The position numbers were made by a program, and so were the translations under genes. Positions 1-12,068 of a stretch of 64,000 nt of DNA are shown here, piece after piece; positions within the stretch are counted from its first letter, which is position 1, and every line of letters starts with the position of its first letter. Origin of the DNA: Eledone cirrhosa (Eukaryota). The stretch is taken from NCBI GenBank assembly GCA_964016885.1, contig OZ024743.1:298344001-298408000 (forward strand). Reading direction: 5' to 3'. A model generated the notes under the pieces. The model did no database searches and had not been told where the DNA came from. It worked only from the letters and a program-made list of their open reading frames with translations.

Positions 1-2759
1 GTCCATGGCCATGATGAGACCTCAGCTTGAAGTGTATAGTCAGTTATATGACCATAGTCTAAAAAAAAAGTAAGTCTAAAGTATGTCTCATCTGGCAGGT
101 GCTTATTTCAGTTTCTGTGACATGAAGCAACTGAGAGTATAAGATTCCCCACTGGACAGGACGTCAGTCGATCACATGGTTAAACCCCCAGCTATTATTG
201 CTGGTACTCATTTTCAGCTGAATGAAACCCATGAAATTATAATCCAACACACTTACCACTAGGCCACATGCCACCATCATAGTACTTGACTAATACTTAT
301 TTTAAGTGAACCTGAAAGAGATTTGAACTTAGACCATACAATGTAACAAAATATAAGTATTTTGTATCTGCACTTTGAATTATTCAGGAGAAAAGTGTTG
401 CAGATAATTGAGATTTTAGGATATGTGATGATCACCTGAAGGAATGGCAGTTTGTATTTTTTTGTTACCAGCACTACCTGGTTTTCATGTTAAACACATT
501 TGACTCCGAATAGTCCAATCCAACTAACTGTAAGCAGGTACAAAAGGATGTTATGATTCATGACTGAAAGTAACAACAGTTCTATATATCTTATGAAGAT
601 TTTTTTATATTGAACGTCTGGATTCAAATACTCCTGTCAGTTTAGATTGAAAAAGAGTAAACTTTGTCAAATTTACTTTTCCTAGATACACTAAATGAAT
701 ATGAAGATATTTATGATGGGCTCTACAACCTAATAAATTTATGGAACACACCAATTTTATATATGCATATAACTACATAACAATGTTTTTCAAATGTACA
801 AAGTGGTTATTATTCTTGATTAATTATTTTATCTATATAAAAAAGTACACTTCAAATTGTTGCCTTTTCTATAATTTATTTTACATGTTAAATTTGAAGA
901 ATTTGTAAAATAACAATGAAAATACCTATACTAGTGTGTGACCTACTTCACCAGATATTTTCAGTATCTTAGTGGTTTTGCTTCATGCCCCAGCAGCCTT
1001 CTCTATCTACTTTTCTGCATATAAAGTGTGGCCATTTCTACTTACTAAAACTTTAGTTGTTGCTAAATTTACTTTCAGGCCACTCAAATTTAGATTTGGC
1101 TTTCTTAGCTAGAATTTCTTCACTACATCTACATATGGGAACTAGTTCATCAGCATGTAGGTGTTCGCCTGGATAGTCGGTCCAATTACTCTTTTGTTAT
1201 AATGGTTTCTGATTTATGCCCAAAGCCAACAATTTTTACGGAAGGAGAAAGTTGATTAAATCGACCCCAGCGCATTACTGGTACATTTTTTTATCAGCCC
1301 CATCAGTCATGTCAAGGACATGACAGCCTCCATAGTGTTGGTGACCTACATGATAAATGCACCCAGTACAGGCTGTAAAGTGGTGACAGGAAGGACATCT
1401 AACCATAGAAAGCTTGCCAAATAAAGGGTTGGGAGGACCCTCAGTTGTGTCAAAGACATGAAAACCTCTCCTGTGCACGTGATAGGACTTGAGACCGTAC
1501 ATAAGTGAGATGCAGATCTCTGACCTGTCAGAGAGATCAGTAACCACTGCTTCAGTACTGACTTGGTCTATGTAGACCAGTTTAACCCTTGTTAGTAGGG
1601 AAAGTGGACATTAAACCAATGATAATGATGTTGATGACTAATTGTCATAGGCAAGATGGTATTTGTTTCAACAATTGTTTTTACACCTGGAAACTTCTTC
1701 CTCTATTGCTGATAGCTCAGCGACATTGTTCACTTTGCTAAAAATAAAAGCCAAATTCCTTTAATTTACTGCAGGTGGAACAGGCCAAACAAGGTTGCCT
1801 ACATATGGAATGACCAGCAGCTGAGTCACTGCTCAGACTGGGGTGTAGTGTCTGTCCCTTCCCCTCTCTCTTTCTTTCATTGCTTGATTCTTTTTCTTCC
1901 TTTCATTTCCTTTTTTCTTCCCTTTAATTGTGTTTTGTTTTTATTAGATACTGCTTAATTATTTTTATATAATGTTAATGGTTTTTAATGACATTGTGAG
2001 ATTTTGTATAGATTTTGTATCCTACCATCATATGATAGGATTGGAGTCCCTGTCATTAAAACACTCAAGAACTTTCCTATGTGAGGTTGGAAAAACCTAC
2101 ACAGGTGTGAGCCATAACAATAAACAATAACATCTTAAGAAATAAAGGATACATTGGCCAGCCATGTCCCAGATATATATATAAAGTTGGGATAGTCATA
2201 AGTGAAATGCCTTTCATTATAATTTTGCCAACCAGAACTGATCTGGGGCTCAAACAACATCAACAACAACAGCAGTAGCAGCAGCAGCGGCAAGCAGTTA
2301 TGTGCTTTGCTTGGCTGTGAAATGAAAGTACTTGGACTATGGATTATAAGTTGAAGAGTTAAAGCCTCTGTACATTATGTTGTACTCGAATTCATCTTGC
2401 TAGACAGATTACCATTTGTTTCATGGCTAAGTTAGTAGTAGGAAAGATGCCCAGTTGTAAGATCTGTAAAAATAGATGTTCTAACAGACACTGTCTAGAC
2501 AATCTTGGAAGGGGAAAAAATATATGAAATATCAATAGATTAAAAATAAGCATGAAATAATAAATTTAGAAATACGTATGCTGTTGCAGCGGGTGTCCCT
2601 AACCATTCTCTGCAGTAACACCCTTGCCATTTTGTCTGCAGGGCATGGCTGGAGTACCACTCAGACTGGGGTGTAGTGTCTGTCCCTCTTTCTCTCCCTT
2701 TCTTTCATTGCTTGATTCTATTTACCTTTTTATTTTCATTTCTTTTTTTGTTCCTTTAA

Positions 2760-2968
2760 TCTTTTAGCATTTACATTACTTTATATTTACTGTTATATTT
2801 TCATGGTAAACACTTTATCTCACATAATATCGAATCTATGAGATTTTGATATTGTTAATTTTGAGAGCAATACCTTAACATAAGTATGAGCAGCCAGTAA
2901 TGGCCAGTTTGAACAGAAAGAGGTGAGAGAATTCTGGTCTGAATATGGCTGGTTTAAATGTTAAAGGG
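2760..2968. mobile_element. piggyBac-like MITE at TTAA
   Basis: TTAA at 2756-59 and 2969-72; TIR-like tcttttagcattta / taaatgttaaaggg; empty site in the paralogous repeat at 1924-27. Confidence 0.7.
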
Positions 2969-3771
2969 TTAATAGTGTGTTTTGTTTTTATTTGATACAA
3001 CTCAATTATTTTTATGTAAAAACAAGATATACAGAGATAACTGACCATTAGAACTAAAAACCAGCGTAACCTAGTACAACCTGCTTCATGGTTGAATGGT
3101 CAATGACTAAACCAACTCCCCCACCAGAACCTGGTCTGGTGAGGAGTAAGTGGAACCCCAGCAGCACAAAAAATAAGAACTGTTAAAAGGATGGATGAAC
3201 TCCTCAGAGTCAATAGCCACCCACCCTTACTATGGGTTAAAGCCAAGTGTGGTGGGTATAGCTATACACCTGACATGACCAAAACTAAACAGAAAGTGGT
3301 GGAGGTCAACCAAGGAGGGCTTCCTTCAATAAGAGTGAGGAGGTCATGGATTGGATAAGAGAAAATGAGCAAAGTTAACCTTATAATAGTGTTACATACA
3401 AACATGTAATGCACATAATCATAAACACACACACATACACACATGTACACACTCTCTCTCACACACATACATAAATAATATTTGGACTGTTGAGAGTAAA
3501 AAAAGGGGAGAGAGTGAGAGAAACAAAACTACACTCCATGGTTATATATTATATGCTGTTGATTTTCTACATCAGTACTATAGCACAAATATACAATTAA
3601 ATGAATAGACTCCAATATATAATTAGTACTTACTTTATTGATCTCCAAACAATAAAAGACAAAGTTGATCTAGAGAAATTTGAACTCACAATGTAGAAGT
3701 TAGTAAAAAAGTTTGCCTTTTTTTTACTCTTGAGGCTCATTTACCTGGAACTTATTCAAATTTATGTAGTA

Positions 3772-4263
3772 CTAGCTGGGCCGTCCGGCTGGCGCCCAGC
3801 TAGGTATACTTGCCCCCACCACTCCACTGCAAAGATACCACACGCCCTCCCGTGTCACATTGTCCTTCCAACTTCGTAGCAAAGGGGAGGAGTTACCGTA
3901 GAAATGAGTTTAAAATGAAAGAGTTAAGCCGTGTTGTTAATATACATACATACGACCGTCAGCTTTATAAGTATAGTTATGTGTGTGTGTGTGTTTGTGT
4001 ATGTGTGTGTCTGCGTGTTTTGTTTTGATGTTATCCGGCAATTAGGGAAATCAGGTGTGAAAGTATGTGTGTGTGTGTTACTTCTTATGTGAGCGACGAC
4101 AGATGAAAGATATACCATGGAAATGAACGTTATTTTTCAATCACCGCTACATTTGATCATACACATTGTTTATTTCAAAATTATTTTAATGCCGATACTT
4201 GATTTAACGTCATTGGAAATACGGTCACTTGCTGGTCCTCCTCTGTCTCTCTCTGTATCTCTG

Positions 4264-4327
<64 letters not shown>

Positions 4328-4608
4328 TTTCTCTCTCTCTGAATAACTAACATTTTAATTGTATCTCTCTCTGTCTAACCGCCTATCTGTGAATATATTG
4401 AAGGGAGATACGGAAACTAAAACAATGTTGTCATATAGAGAGTGAAGAGCGACAGAGATAGTAAAGCAGTTAAATTATAGAGGGGGAATGATCTATTATA
4501 GAGAGAGGGAAGAGCGACGGAGAGAGTAAAGCTAAGAAACTATAGGGAGGTGTGTAGGATACATACATACATACATAATACACACAACGTTCAGCTTTAT
4601 AATATAGA
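3772..4608 (-). mobile_element. Non-autonomous Helitron
   Basis: Minus strand reads A|TC...GC hairpin...CTAG|T with no TSD; it interrupts a CORE-SINE at an AT dinucleotide; internal (CT)n and (GT)n. Confidence 0.75.
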
Positions 4609-4609
4609 T

Positions 4610-4833
4610 TAAGTGACTGAGAATACAAGACTTCCTCTTGGATGGGACATCGGTCCGTTTTAAGGTTAACTCCTAGCTGCTGCTGGTACTTATTTTTTCT
4701 ACTGAGTGAACTGGAGCAGTGTGAAATAAAGTGCCTTGCTCAAGGACGCAGCATGCTATACCCAGTTTGGGCATTGGATCCATGACCTTATGATCAATCA
4801 TAAGATGAACACTCTAACCACTAGGCCACATTC
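4610..4833 (-). mobile_element. CORE-like SINE (related copy at about 90-275)
   Basis: aagtgccttgctcaagg core; aaccactaggccac reverse A-box. Confidence 0.7.
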
Positions 4834-5084
4834 CTTCACCAGAATGCACAAGGATGGAACTAAATATTTTCATGTATTAATGTTGATATTCTCCCATTTC
4901 AGCCGCTGCTCCAGCTTTATGGTATTGCTATATTCTGGGATTGTCATCATATCACTTCTACTTCTGAACTTGTAAAATGTTTTGTTTTCTCTGTTACAGT
5001 ACAGTTTTTTATTTCTCTTATTGTACAAGTTACATTCTTTTCACTGTCTCTTACTCTATGGCATCTATTGTATTTTTATTTCAG

Positions 5085-5204
5085 TATGACATAGAACTGC
5101 CAATTCCCAAGTATTTCATTTTGGAAAGACAAAAAATATTAAAGGAATGAGAAGGTCTCTTGGATTCAATTTTGACAAGATTGGGCATCAAAATTTTAGA
5201 CAAA
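5085..5204 (+). CDS. IQCA1: IQCA1 exon 1 in window (YDIELPIPKYFILERQKILKE*EGLLDSIL...), with in-frame TGA at 5148-5150
   Basis: ttttcag acceptor, gtaagt donor, 120 nt, phase 0/0; matches the IQCA1 DIPIPKYF segment. Confidence 0.8.
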
Positions 5205-6799
5205 GTAAGTCCCCTGACAGAACTCTTTACACACGATCTTATTCAAAGTACTTTTATTTATCTGGAGGCTCTGATCTGCACTATTTTCACCATTGTGGAA
5301 TCTATAAACAATGAAGAGGCTCTTTGAAACATTTGTCATATATAATGTAGTTAGTGAAAGGAAGGGAATTTAGCCATAGAAATCTTGCCAAACATAGGGT
5401 TGGGAAAACTCTTTAACTGTCTCAAAGACATGACAATATCCACAGTGTTGGTGCCATGATAAATGTAAGTGAGATGCAGGGCACTGGCTTGTCTGAGAGG
5501 TCAATGACTCCACTTGAGTGATGACATAGTTTCTGATGACCAGTCCAACCCTTACTAGCAGGGAAAACAGACATTAAATGATGATGATGAAGTGGAGGAT
5601 TTTGGAAACTGGAATGTACAACCTAGCAACCTATCTTGGAGGGCAGTAACACTGAATAAAAACTGACTCGAACTGTTATAACTTGTCCAAACCATACCAA
5701 CAATAGATATAATAGGAAAATAGATATAAAATGGTAGTATTGATGATTTCTTCGTATTTAGACTTGCATTGGTAACATTTAAAATTGGTGTTATTGATGA
5801 TGTTTAGTTTCTCATTTTGGCACAAGGTCAGCAATTTTGTGGAGAAAGAAAAGTCAATTATACTGACCTAGGTACTTTGTTGGTACTTTATTTTATCAAC
5901 CTCAGAAGGTTGAAAAGTGATGTTGACCATGGCAGGATTTGAACTCCGAGCGTAAAGAGCCAGAAAAAAACATTAAGTGTTTTTCTGATGTTCTAACAAG
6001 ACTGTCATAATCCCAGTTCTGCACTGATCAAATAGGCTTCTCATCAAGTTGTCTGTTGCTCTAACAATACTGCCAATCAGCTATCTTTGGTGATGTTTAG
6101 TCCCAGGTCAGTCCTGATCAAATAGACTTATCAAGTTGTCTGTTGCTCTAACATCAACTGTCTTTGATGATGTTTAGTCTCAGGTCAGCCCTGATCAAAA
6201 TGACTTATTATCAAGTTGGTCCTAGTCTTGACTATGCCATATTTTTCACACACAGTGTATTAGGCACTACATTATCCAATCTGTCCTATTTATTAAGACA
6301 ATAAGTTTTTATTTGAAGGAGATTTGAATGCAAATCCTACCAGATAAAGCAAGCCTGCAGAACTTATCTTTGGTGCATGTTGATTTTGATGTTGTTGTTG
6401 TAGTTGGTATTAATGTTGTTGATGTTGAAAATATAGTATTGATGAAGGAGGCTCATATTTGAAGAGTTGTGAGTTTGTTTTGTGTTTCTGTCTCATTGCT
6501 CAAACAGTGTATGAATATTCCCTGATCATATTTGTAGTGGATCTTGCAAGCATTTGAGCCAGATCTCCAGGTTGATGACATCTTTCTTCCTTCTTCTCAC
6601 TAATCACAAAAACCCAGAAAATGGCTTATGAGCACTGCCCTCCTTCCTCTGAAAATGTCATTAGAAGAATGATGTTGTGCAGCACATCTAGTACCATGCA
6701 CTATGTGTTAAGCAGTGTAGTGTAGAAGTTTAATACAATGTAAAGCAGTGAACAGTATTATATTGAGTGTAGTATATCGTATGTGGTGCAGTGTTATCC

Positions 6800-7010
6800 A
6801 GTGTAGTGTAAGTGCAATTTGTGTAGGTTAGTTTAGACTTTAAAGAGAACAGTGTATTGTAAGTGTAATTCTTGTAGGTTAGTGTAGACTTTAAACAGCA
6901 TAATGTATTGTAAGTGTAGTTCTTGCAGGTTAGTGTAGACTCTAAACAGGACGGTGTAGTGTAAGTGTATTTCTTGTAGGGTAGTGTAGATATTAAGCAA
7001 CACAGTGTAT
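6800..7010. repeat. Minisatellite, about 4 x 51 bp
   Basis: agtgtattgtaagtgtaattcttgtaggttagtgtagactttaaacagcat units. Confidence 0.85.
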
Positions 7011-7387
7011 TTAATGTAATGTCATGTCATGTAACAGTGTAGAAATGTATTGTAGGGTAATGTTATTATGTAAAAGTTTGTTGTTATGTGGTGCAGTTTA
7101 GTGCTGTTGTGAAGTGCAATATAAAGTAGTAATGCATGTAGCAGCATGCAGTGTCATTTAATGCTAGTTAAGTATAGTACAGTGCCACCAAATTTTGTGC
7201 AGTGCCTGGAGTGATACCAATATTTCTTAATTCAAGTGGATGATAATGAAGGTAACAAAATGTTCTGATATTACTATATTAACAATTTAATTTGTTCTGT
7301 TCTTTAGAATTGAATGCTTTCAAAAGATGGCACAGTATGATAGATTATTGATGTTGCTGATGTTGATTTTGCGGTCTTTTGAAACAG

Positions 7388-7576
7388 AAAGACATGGTTC
7401 AGTTGTCATTTGAAGAGGCTGTCCGTATCATCCAGATGAATGAAAGAGCCAGACAGGGGCGACTGAGGGCGAAGTTTATGAAGGAAATAAGACTGCAGGA
7501 GGAGCGAGAGAAGAGAGCAGAAATCAAAGGAGTTCCAGTAATTGACAGAATGATGGCTGCTATATTGATACAAAAG
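7388..7576 (+). CDS. IQCA1: IQCA1 exon 2 (KDMVQLSFEEAVRIIQMNERARQGRLRAKFMKEIR...AAILIQK); 3' boundary uncertain
   Basis: aaacag acceptor and conserved ERARQGRLRA. The expected donor reads GG (aag|ggttat); the nearest GT at 7578 is out of phase. Confidence 0.85.
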
Positions 7577-7630
7577 GGTTATCCTGGTTAATACATTTTT
7601 TTGTGTGTATATATGTTGCATATATGAACA

Positions 7631-7823
7631 TACGAGGCACGGCTGAAAAGTTCATAGGCTGACCCAGATATTCTCATGGAATGACCAAATCAGGTTTAAT
7701 TTTCAGCATAGTGCTTGGAAAGAAACAATGCAGTTATTAATAAGAAGAGTTGAAATTAATGCATGCAATATTTCACACCAATAGCATCACTCCTTCATGG
7801 TTAGCCTATGAACTTTTTAACCA
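7631..7823. mobile_element. Mariner-type MITE (one end eroded)
   Basis: tacgagg..ctgaaaagttcataggctgacc / ggttagcctatgaactttt inverted ends. Confidence 0.65.
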
Positions 7824-7858
7824 GAGAAAAAATGAAATATACAAATATATATATATAT

Positions 7859-10800
7859 CATCATCATCATCATCACCGTTTTAAGTCCGTTCTTCCTCGC
7901 TAGCATGGGTTAGACGGGTTGTCCTGTTGTGGGCAGTAGCCAGTCGGCTGACTATGCCTTGCTCATAGAGGAACTGATTCTGGCTTGATTTCTACAGCTG
8001 GATGCCCTTCCTAACACCAACCTCATTTACAGTGAGTGCTGGGTACTTTTTTCCGTGGCGCCTACACATCCACTTTACAGTGTGGGCTAGGTGCTTTTTT
8101 GCTGTGGCACCTCCACGACCACTTTGCAGTGGGAGGGTGTGGGGGCATATTGTCTATATGCTTCAGCTTCGGCTTCTACCCGTGGGAGGGTTGGGTCTTC
8201 TGTATTACTGCATGTCGCCAGAGGTCACGGTCGTGTGTCATCGCCTTTAAGATGTGTAATTGGGTAAGGTCGGCTTTTATTACTTGATCCCAGGTCTTCT
8301 TGTGTCTCCCCACTCTGCGGTTTCCATCGACATCTAGTGCTCTGCACCTTTTTATGCAGCTGTCATCCTTCATACACATCACATGTCCATACCAACGCAA
8401 CCACCTCTCCTGCACACAGCATTTGATTCATCTTATGTTCAGTCTCTCTCTCAATTCGTTTATGCTTTGCCGTTCGCGTATATTACTATTACACATCTAT
8501 TGGAGCAAGCATGCTTCGTTTCTTTCTAATCTATGCAAGTCTTCCACAGACAGCGCCCAGGTCTCACTACCATGTAACATTGCTGTTCGTATACACGCAT
8601 CATACAGTCTGCCTTTCATTTTGAGGGAAAAGCCTATTTCAGCTAGCAGTGGCAGTAGCTCCCTGAACTTCTTCCATCTCGTTCTTACCCTAGTTATTGT
8701 ACTTTCTGAACACACACCTCTGCTGCTAATTCGGTCACTTAAGTAGCAGAAGCTGTCTACTGTTTCTACAGAGCCCTCCCAGAGTTTGGTGGTACTTGTT
8801 TCCTGTGGCTGTTTGCTGCTTGCTGTCCCAGCACAGCTGCTACATGTGAAGCCTACATTCTTAGTTAAGCTTCCTGAGATCCCACTACATCTCTTGTGTA
8901 CCCATTGTTTGCATTTGGGGCAGAGAATGAAGTTCCTACCTACACCTTTCCTACATACTGAGCAAGGCCATTTCCCTGAGGGTATCTTGGTTCTGTTTTC
9001 TCGTCTACTTACAAGGACCTTAGTCTTTGTCAGGTTGACTTTGAGACCTTTTCTTTCTAGTCCCTGCTTCCAAGTTCGGAATTTCTTCTCTAGTTCTACC
9101 ATAGATTCAGCTATAAGTGCGAGGTCATCTGCATACAGGAGTTCCCATGGGCATCCGGTCTTAAACTCCTCCGTTATTGCCTGCAAAACTATGATGAACA
9201 TGAGACGGCTAACAACAGAGCCCTGGTGGACACTGACCTGTATGCTAAATTCCTTGCTATAGTCATTGTTGCTAATCCTAACTTTGCTGACTGCTCCCCT
9301 ATACATGGCTTGTACAGCTTTCACAAGCCATTCATCTACTCCTAGTTTTCTAAGAACCCACCAGATTATAGCACGGGGAACTCTGTCAAAGGCTTTCTCA
9401 AGATCGACGGATTCCAGGTAGAGCAGCTTACTTTTAGCTAGGTACTTTTCCTGTAACTGCCTCACAAGGAAGAGGGCTTCAGTGGTGCATCTTCCTGGCA
9501 CAAACTCAAATTGCATCTCATCTAGTTTCTCCCGGTCCTTAATCAACTGTGCTATAACTCTTTCTGTTACTTTCATGACCTGGTCCATCAGCTTTATACC
9601 TCTATAGTTTTCTCTATCTGCTACCTTGTAGCAGTTGATAATGTTGCTGCTGCACCAATCCTTTGGTATGACACCTTCTAGTATTACCTGGTTAACAATA
9701 CGTATGGTTATGGTGTGACCTACCGACCCAGATGCCTTCAGCATCTTGGCAGCTATACCTGATGGACCGGTACCTTCCCTGTCTTCATATCTTTGATTGC
9801 CTTACTTACTACGCTGCTGCTGACTTGTACTGCTGGCCTCTCTATAGGGTCTACTTGGGGTAGGGTCTCTTCTTCCCATGCATTCTCCTCATTTAGTAAT
9901 CTTTCATAATGGCTCTTGCACGCATCTTTCTTCTCAGCACTTGTGAGGGCAAGTTCACCTTTATCATTCCGGATACACTTCTCTCCAATGACATCACAAT
10001 TCTCTCTGACACACTGCCTTGCAATCTTGAACACCTCCTGTTTCTGGTCCTCACATTGCAAAACATGCTTGAATTTTCTATCCTCCGCTTCCCTCCTAGC
10101 TAAGTATACTTGTCGCCTAGCTTCCCTCCTAGTCTCTATGTAATGTATCCTGCTTCCCCTGTTCTTCCATTCTTTCCATGCCTGTCTCTTGGCCTTAACT
10201 GCCTCATCTATGTTATTGTTCCACTGCCAAGTCACTCTCCTCCTGCCTGTGGTCTTACTCCAGCCACAGATCTCATCCGTCGCCTTTAGTAAGTTACTTT
10301 TTAGGAACTCCCAGTGCACTTCTACATTGAATGTCCCTATCTGTTGTTATTTACTGTCATAAGCATTGAGTAAAATATCTTTAAATCTGTTACTGGCTGA
10401 GGGGTCTTTCAGCTTCCAGATCTTTCTTTGCCAGGTTGGCTTCTGTTTCCAAGTTCGTCTAGTTCTGACCGTGAGGTTGCTGACAACTAAGTTATGTTGG
10501 GAGGTACATTCCTCACTAAGGAAGGCTTTTGTGTTTACGACCATCCATCTGTCACGTCCTCTGGTGAGGATAAAATCTATCTGACTAGAATGCTCCCCTG
10601 ATCTATAGGTGATCACATGGTTGTCAGGTTTTTTGAAGTTTGTGTTACATATCGATCTGTCATTGGCGTCGCAGAATTCTAGAAGCCTGAAGCCTTCTAC
10701 ATTCATTGTGCCAACACCGTGGCCTCCATGAACTCTATAGAAGCTGTCACGGTGTTTACCTACGTGTCCGTTAAAATCTCCTGCAATGATTAGGAAGTCA

Positions 10801-11733
10801 TTGTCATTTGTTAGAGCAGTAGTGTGCATTAGGGACTCGTAAAACCTATCTTTAAGTTCGTCTGGCAACCCCAATTGGGGTGCGTAAGCTGATATTATTG
10901 TGGTAATTGTTTTATTCAGGACTAGTCTGAGTTTAATGATTCTTGCATTCACCCTGTTCACTGAGATTACCTTATCTACCCATTTGTCAGCTAGTAGGAT
11001 ACCTACAACACCCATCCCATCGTCATTTCCCACCCAGAAAAATTTGTGGCACTGACTTTTGCCTACAAGGACTCTAGCAGACTCTCCTCTCCATCTAGTC
11101 TCTTGCACACAGCATACATCAATTTCCTTTTGCTCTAGCATCTCTACAATTTCTCTTGCCCTTTCTTTCATTGTGCTAACATTGATAGTTCCAACTCAGA
11201 GTTTTGGGCATTTGCCAACATTCGTGGGAAAGGGTAAATTTTTGCGGGGGCTTGTGTATGCTTCCTGTCTCTGAATTAAAGCTTCGCATGGGTGCTTGGT
11301 AACTCGCGGATTCATATTCATTTTCATTTATTAATTTGGGGTTGCTCCATTTATTCTCAGCTCATCCATACATAATGGTAAGAGAATTCAGGGCTAGAAG
11401 AACAGTGGTGGTGGTAATAATGGCAGGGTTTGTTGGGGCTGGGAAGGGCGAGGAGAAAGGTAGTAGTAGTAGTAGTAGTAGTAATGGCAGAGTTTGTTGG
11501 GGTTGGTAATGGATGGGGGGGGGGGGACATGCTGAGGTTTGATTGGTCGAATAGGCTATGGTAGTGTGAGGGGGTGGGCAGGAGGCAAATTATGAGATAG
11601 GTAGCCATCATGGCCTATAGCATCTCAGGAGATTTGGGCGAAATAAACTGATACGACTACCTATATTAGACATGGTGAAATGTTAGGATTCCGAAGGGAA
11701 TAGATGACTTCGTAGAGACAGTTAGAGACAGTC
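7859..11733 (-). mobile_element. Near-full-length RTE-clade LINE (APE endonuclease, RT, PHD-like finger), inactivated by a few lesions
   Basis: ORFs 10347-11171 (VQETRW, AYAPQ, GDFNGHVG), 9753-10319, 8497-9744 (DLEKAFD, QGSVVS, LYADD) and 8176-8415 (RWYGHV); (ATG)n tail; (TA)n on both flanks. Confidence 0.95.
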
Positions 11734-11930
11734 ATATATATATATATATATATTTGAACATATTTATTCACACATGCATTTGTAGTATACATGATGATGA
11801 TGGTGTATACTGCAAATGCATGTGTGAATAAATATGTACCTTTTACATACATATATATATATTTGTATATTTCATTTTTCTCAATTTTTTTTTCTTTTCT
11901 CACTCTCTATTTCATCTTTTATTTCTCATT

Positions 11931-11972
11931 CTATCTTCTGATGAAAGACTAGTGTCCGAAACGTAAAGACAC
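11931..11972 (+). ncRNA. Minimal type-I hammerhead ribozyme motif
   Basis: tctt-CTGATGA-a-agac(tagt)gtcc-GAAA-cg-TA-aaga; homologous to the 55560 copy. Confidence 0.65.
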
Positions 11973-12068
11973 TTCTCCTACTAAATTAAGCATTAAGCAA
12001 ATATATTTCTTCAATGTACTGAGTTGTTTGCTTTGTTATTTCTGTTTACTTTTTGCATATATATTATA

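Noticed and set aside
686-780. Acceptor-like cctag followed by an open frame TLNEYEDIYDGLYNL
   Set aside because: Only faint resemblance to the IQCA1 N-terminus and no donor found; not called as an exon.
980-1170. Minus-strand CTGATGA...GAAGAAA resembling a hammerhead
   Set aside because: It is the LYADDL-equivalent region of a decayed RTE fragment and has no stem I.
5148-5150. Selenocysteine reading of the TGA
   Set aside because: The homologous residue appears to be Arg rather than Cys, and I saw no convincing SECIS after the stop.
6800-7010. Regular ~51-bp repeats, superficially CRISPR-like
   Set aside because: Head-to-tail minisatellite without unique spacers, in a eukaryotic intron.
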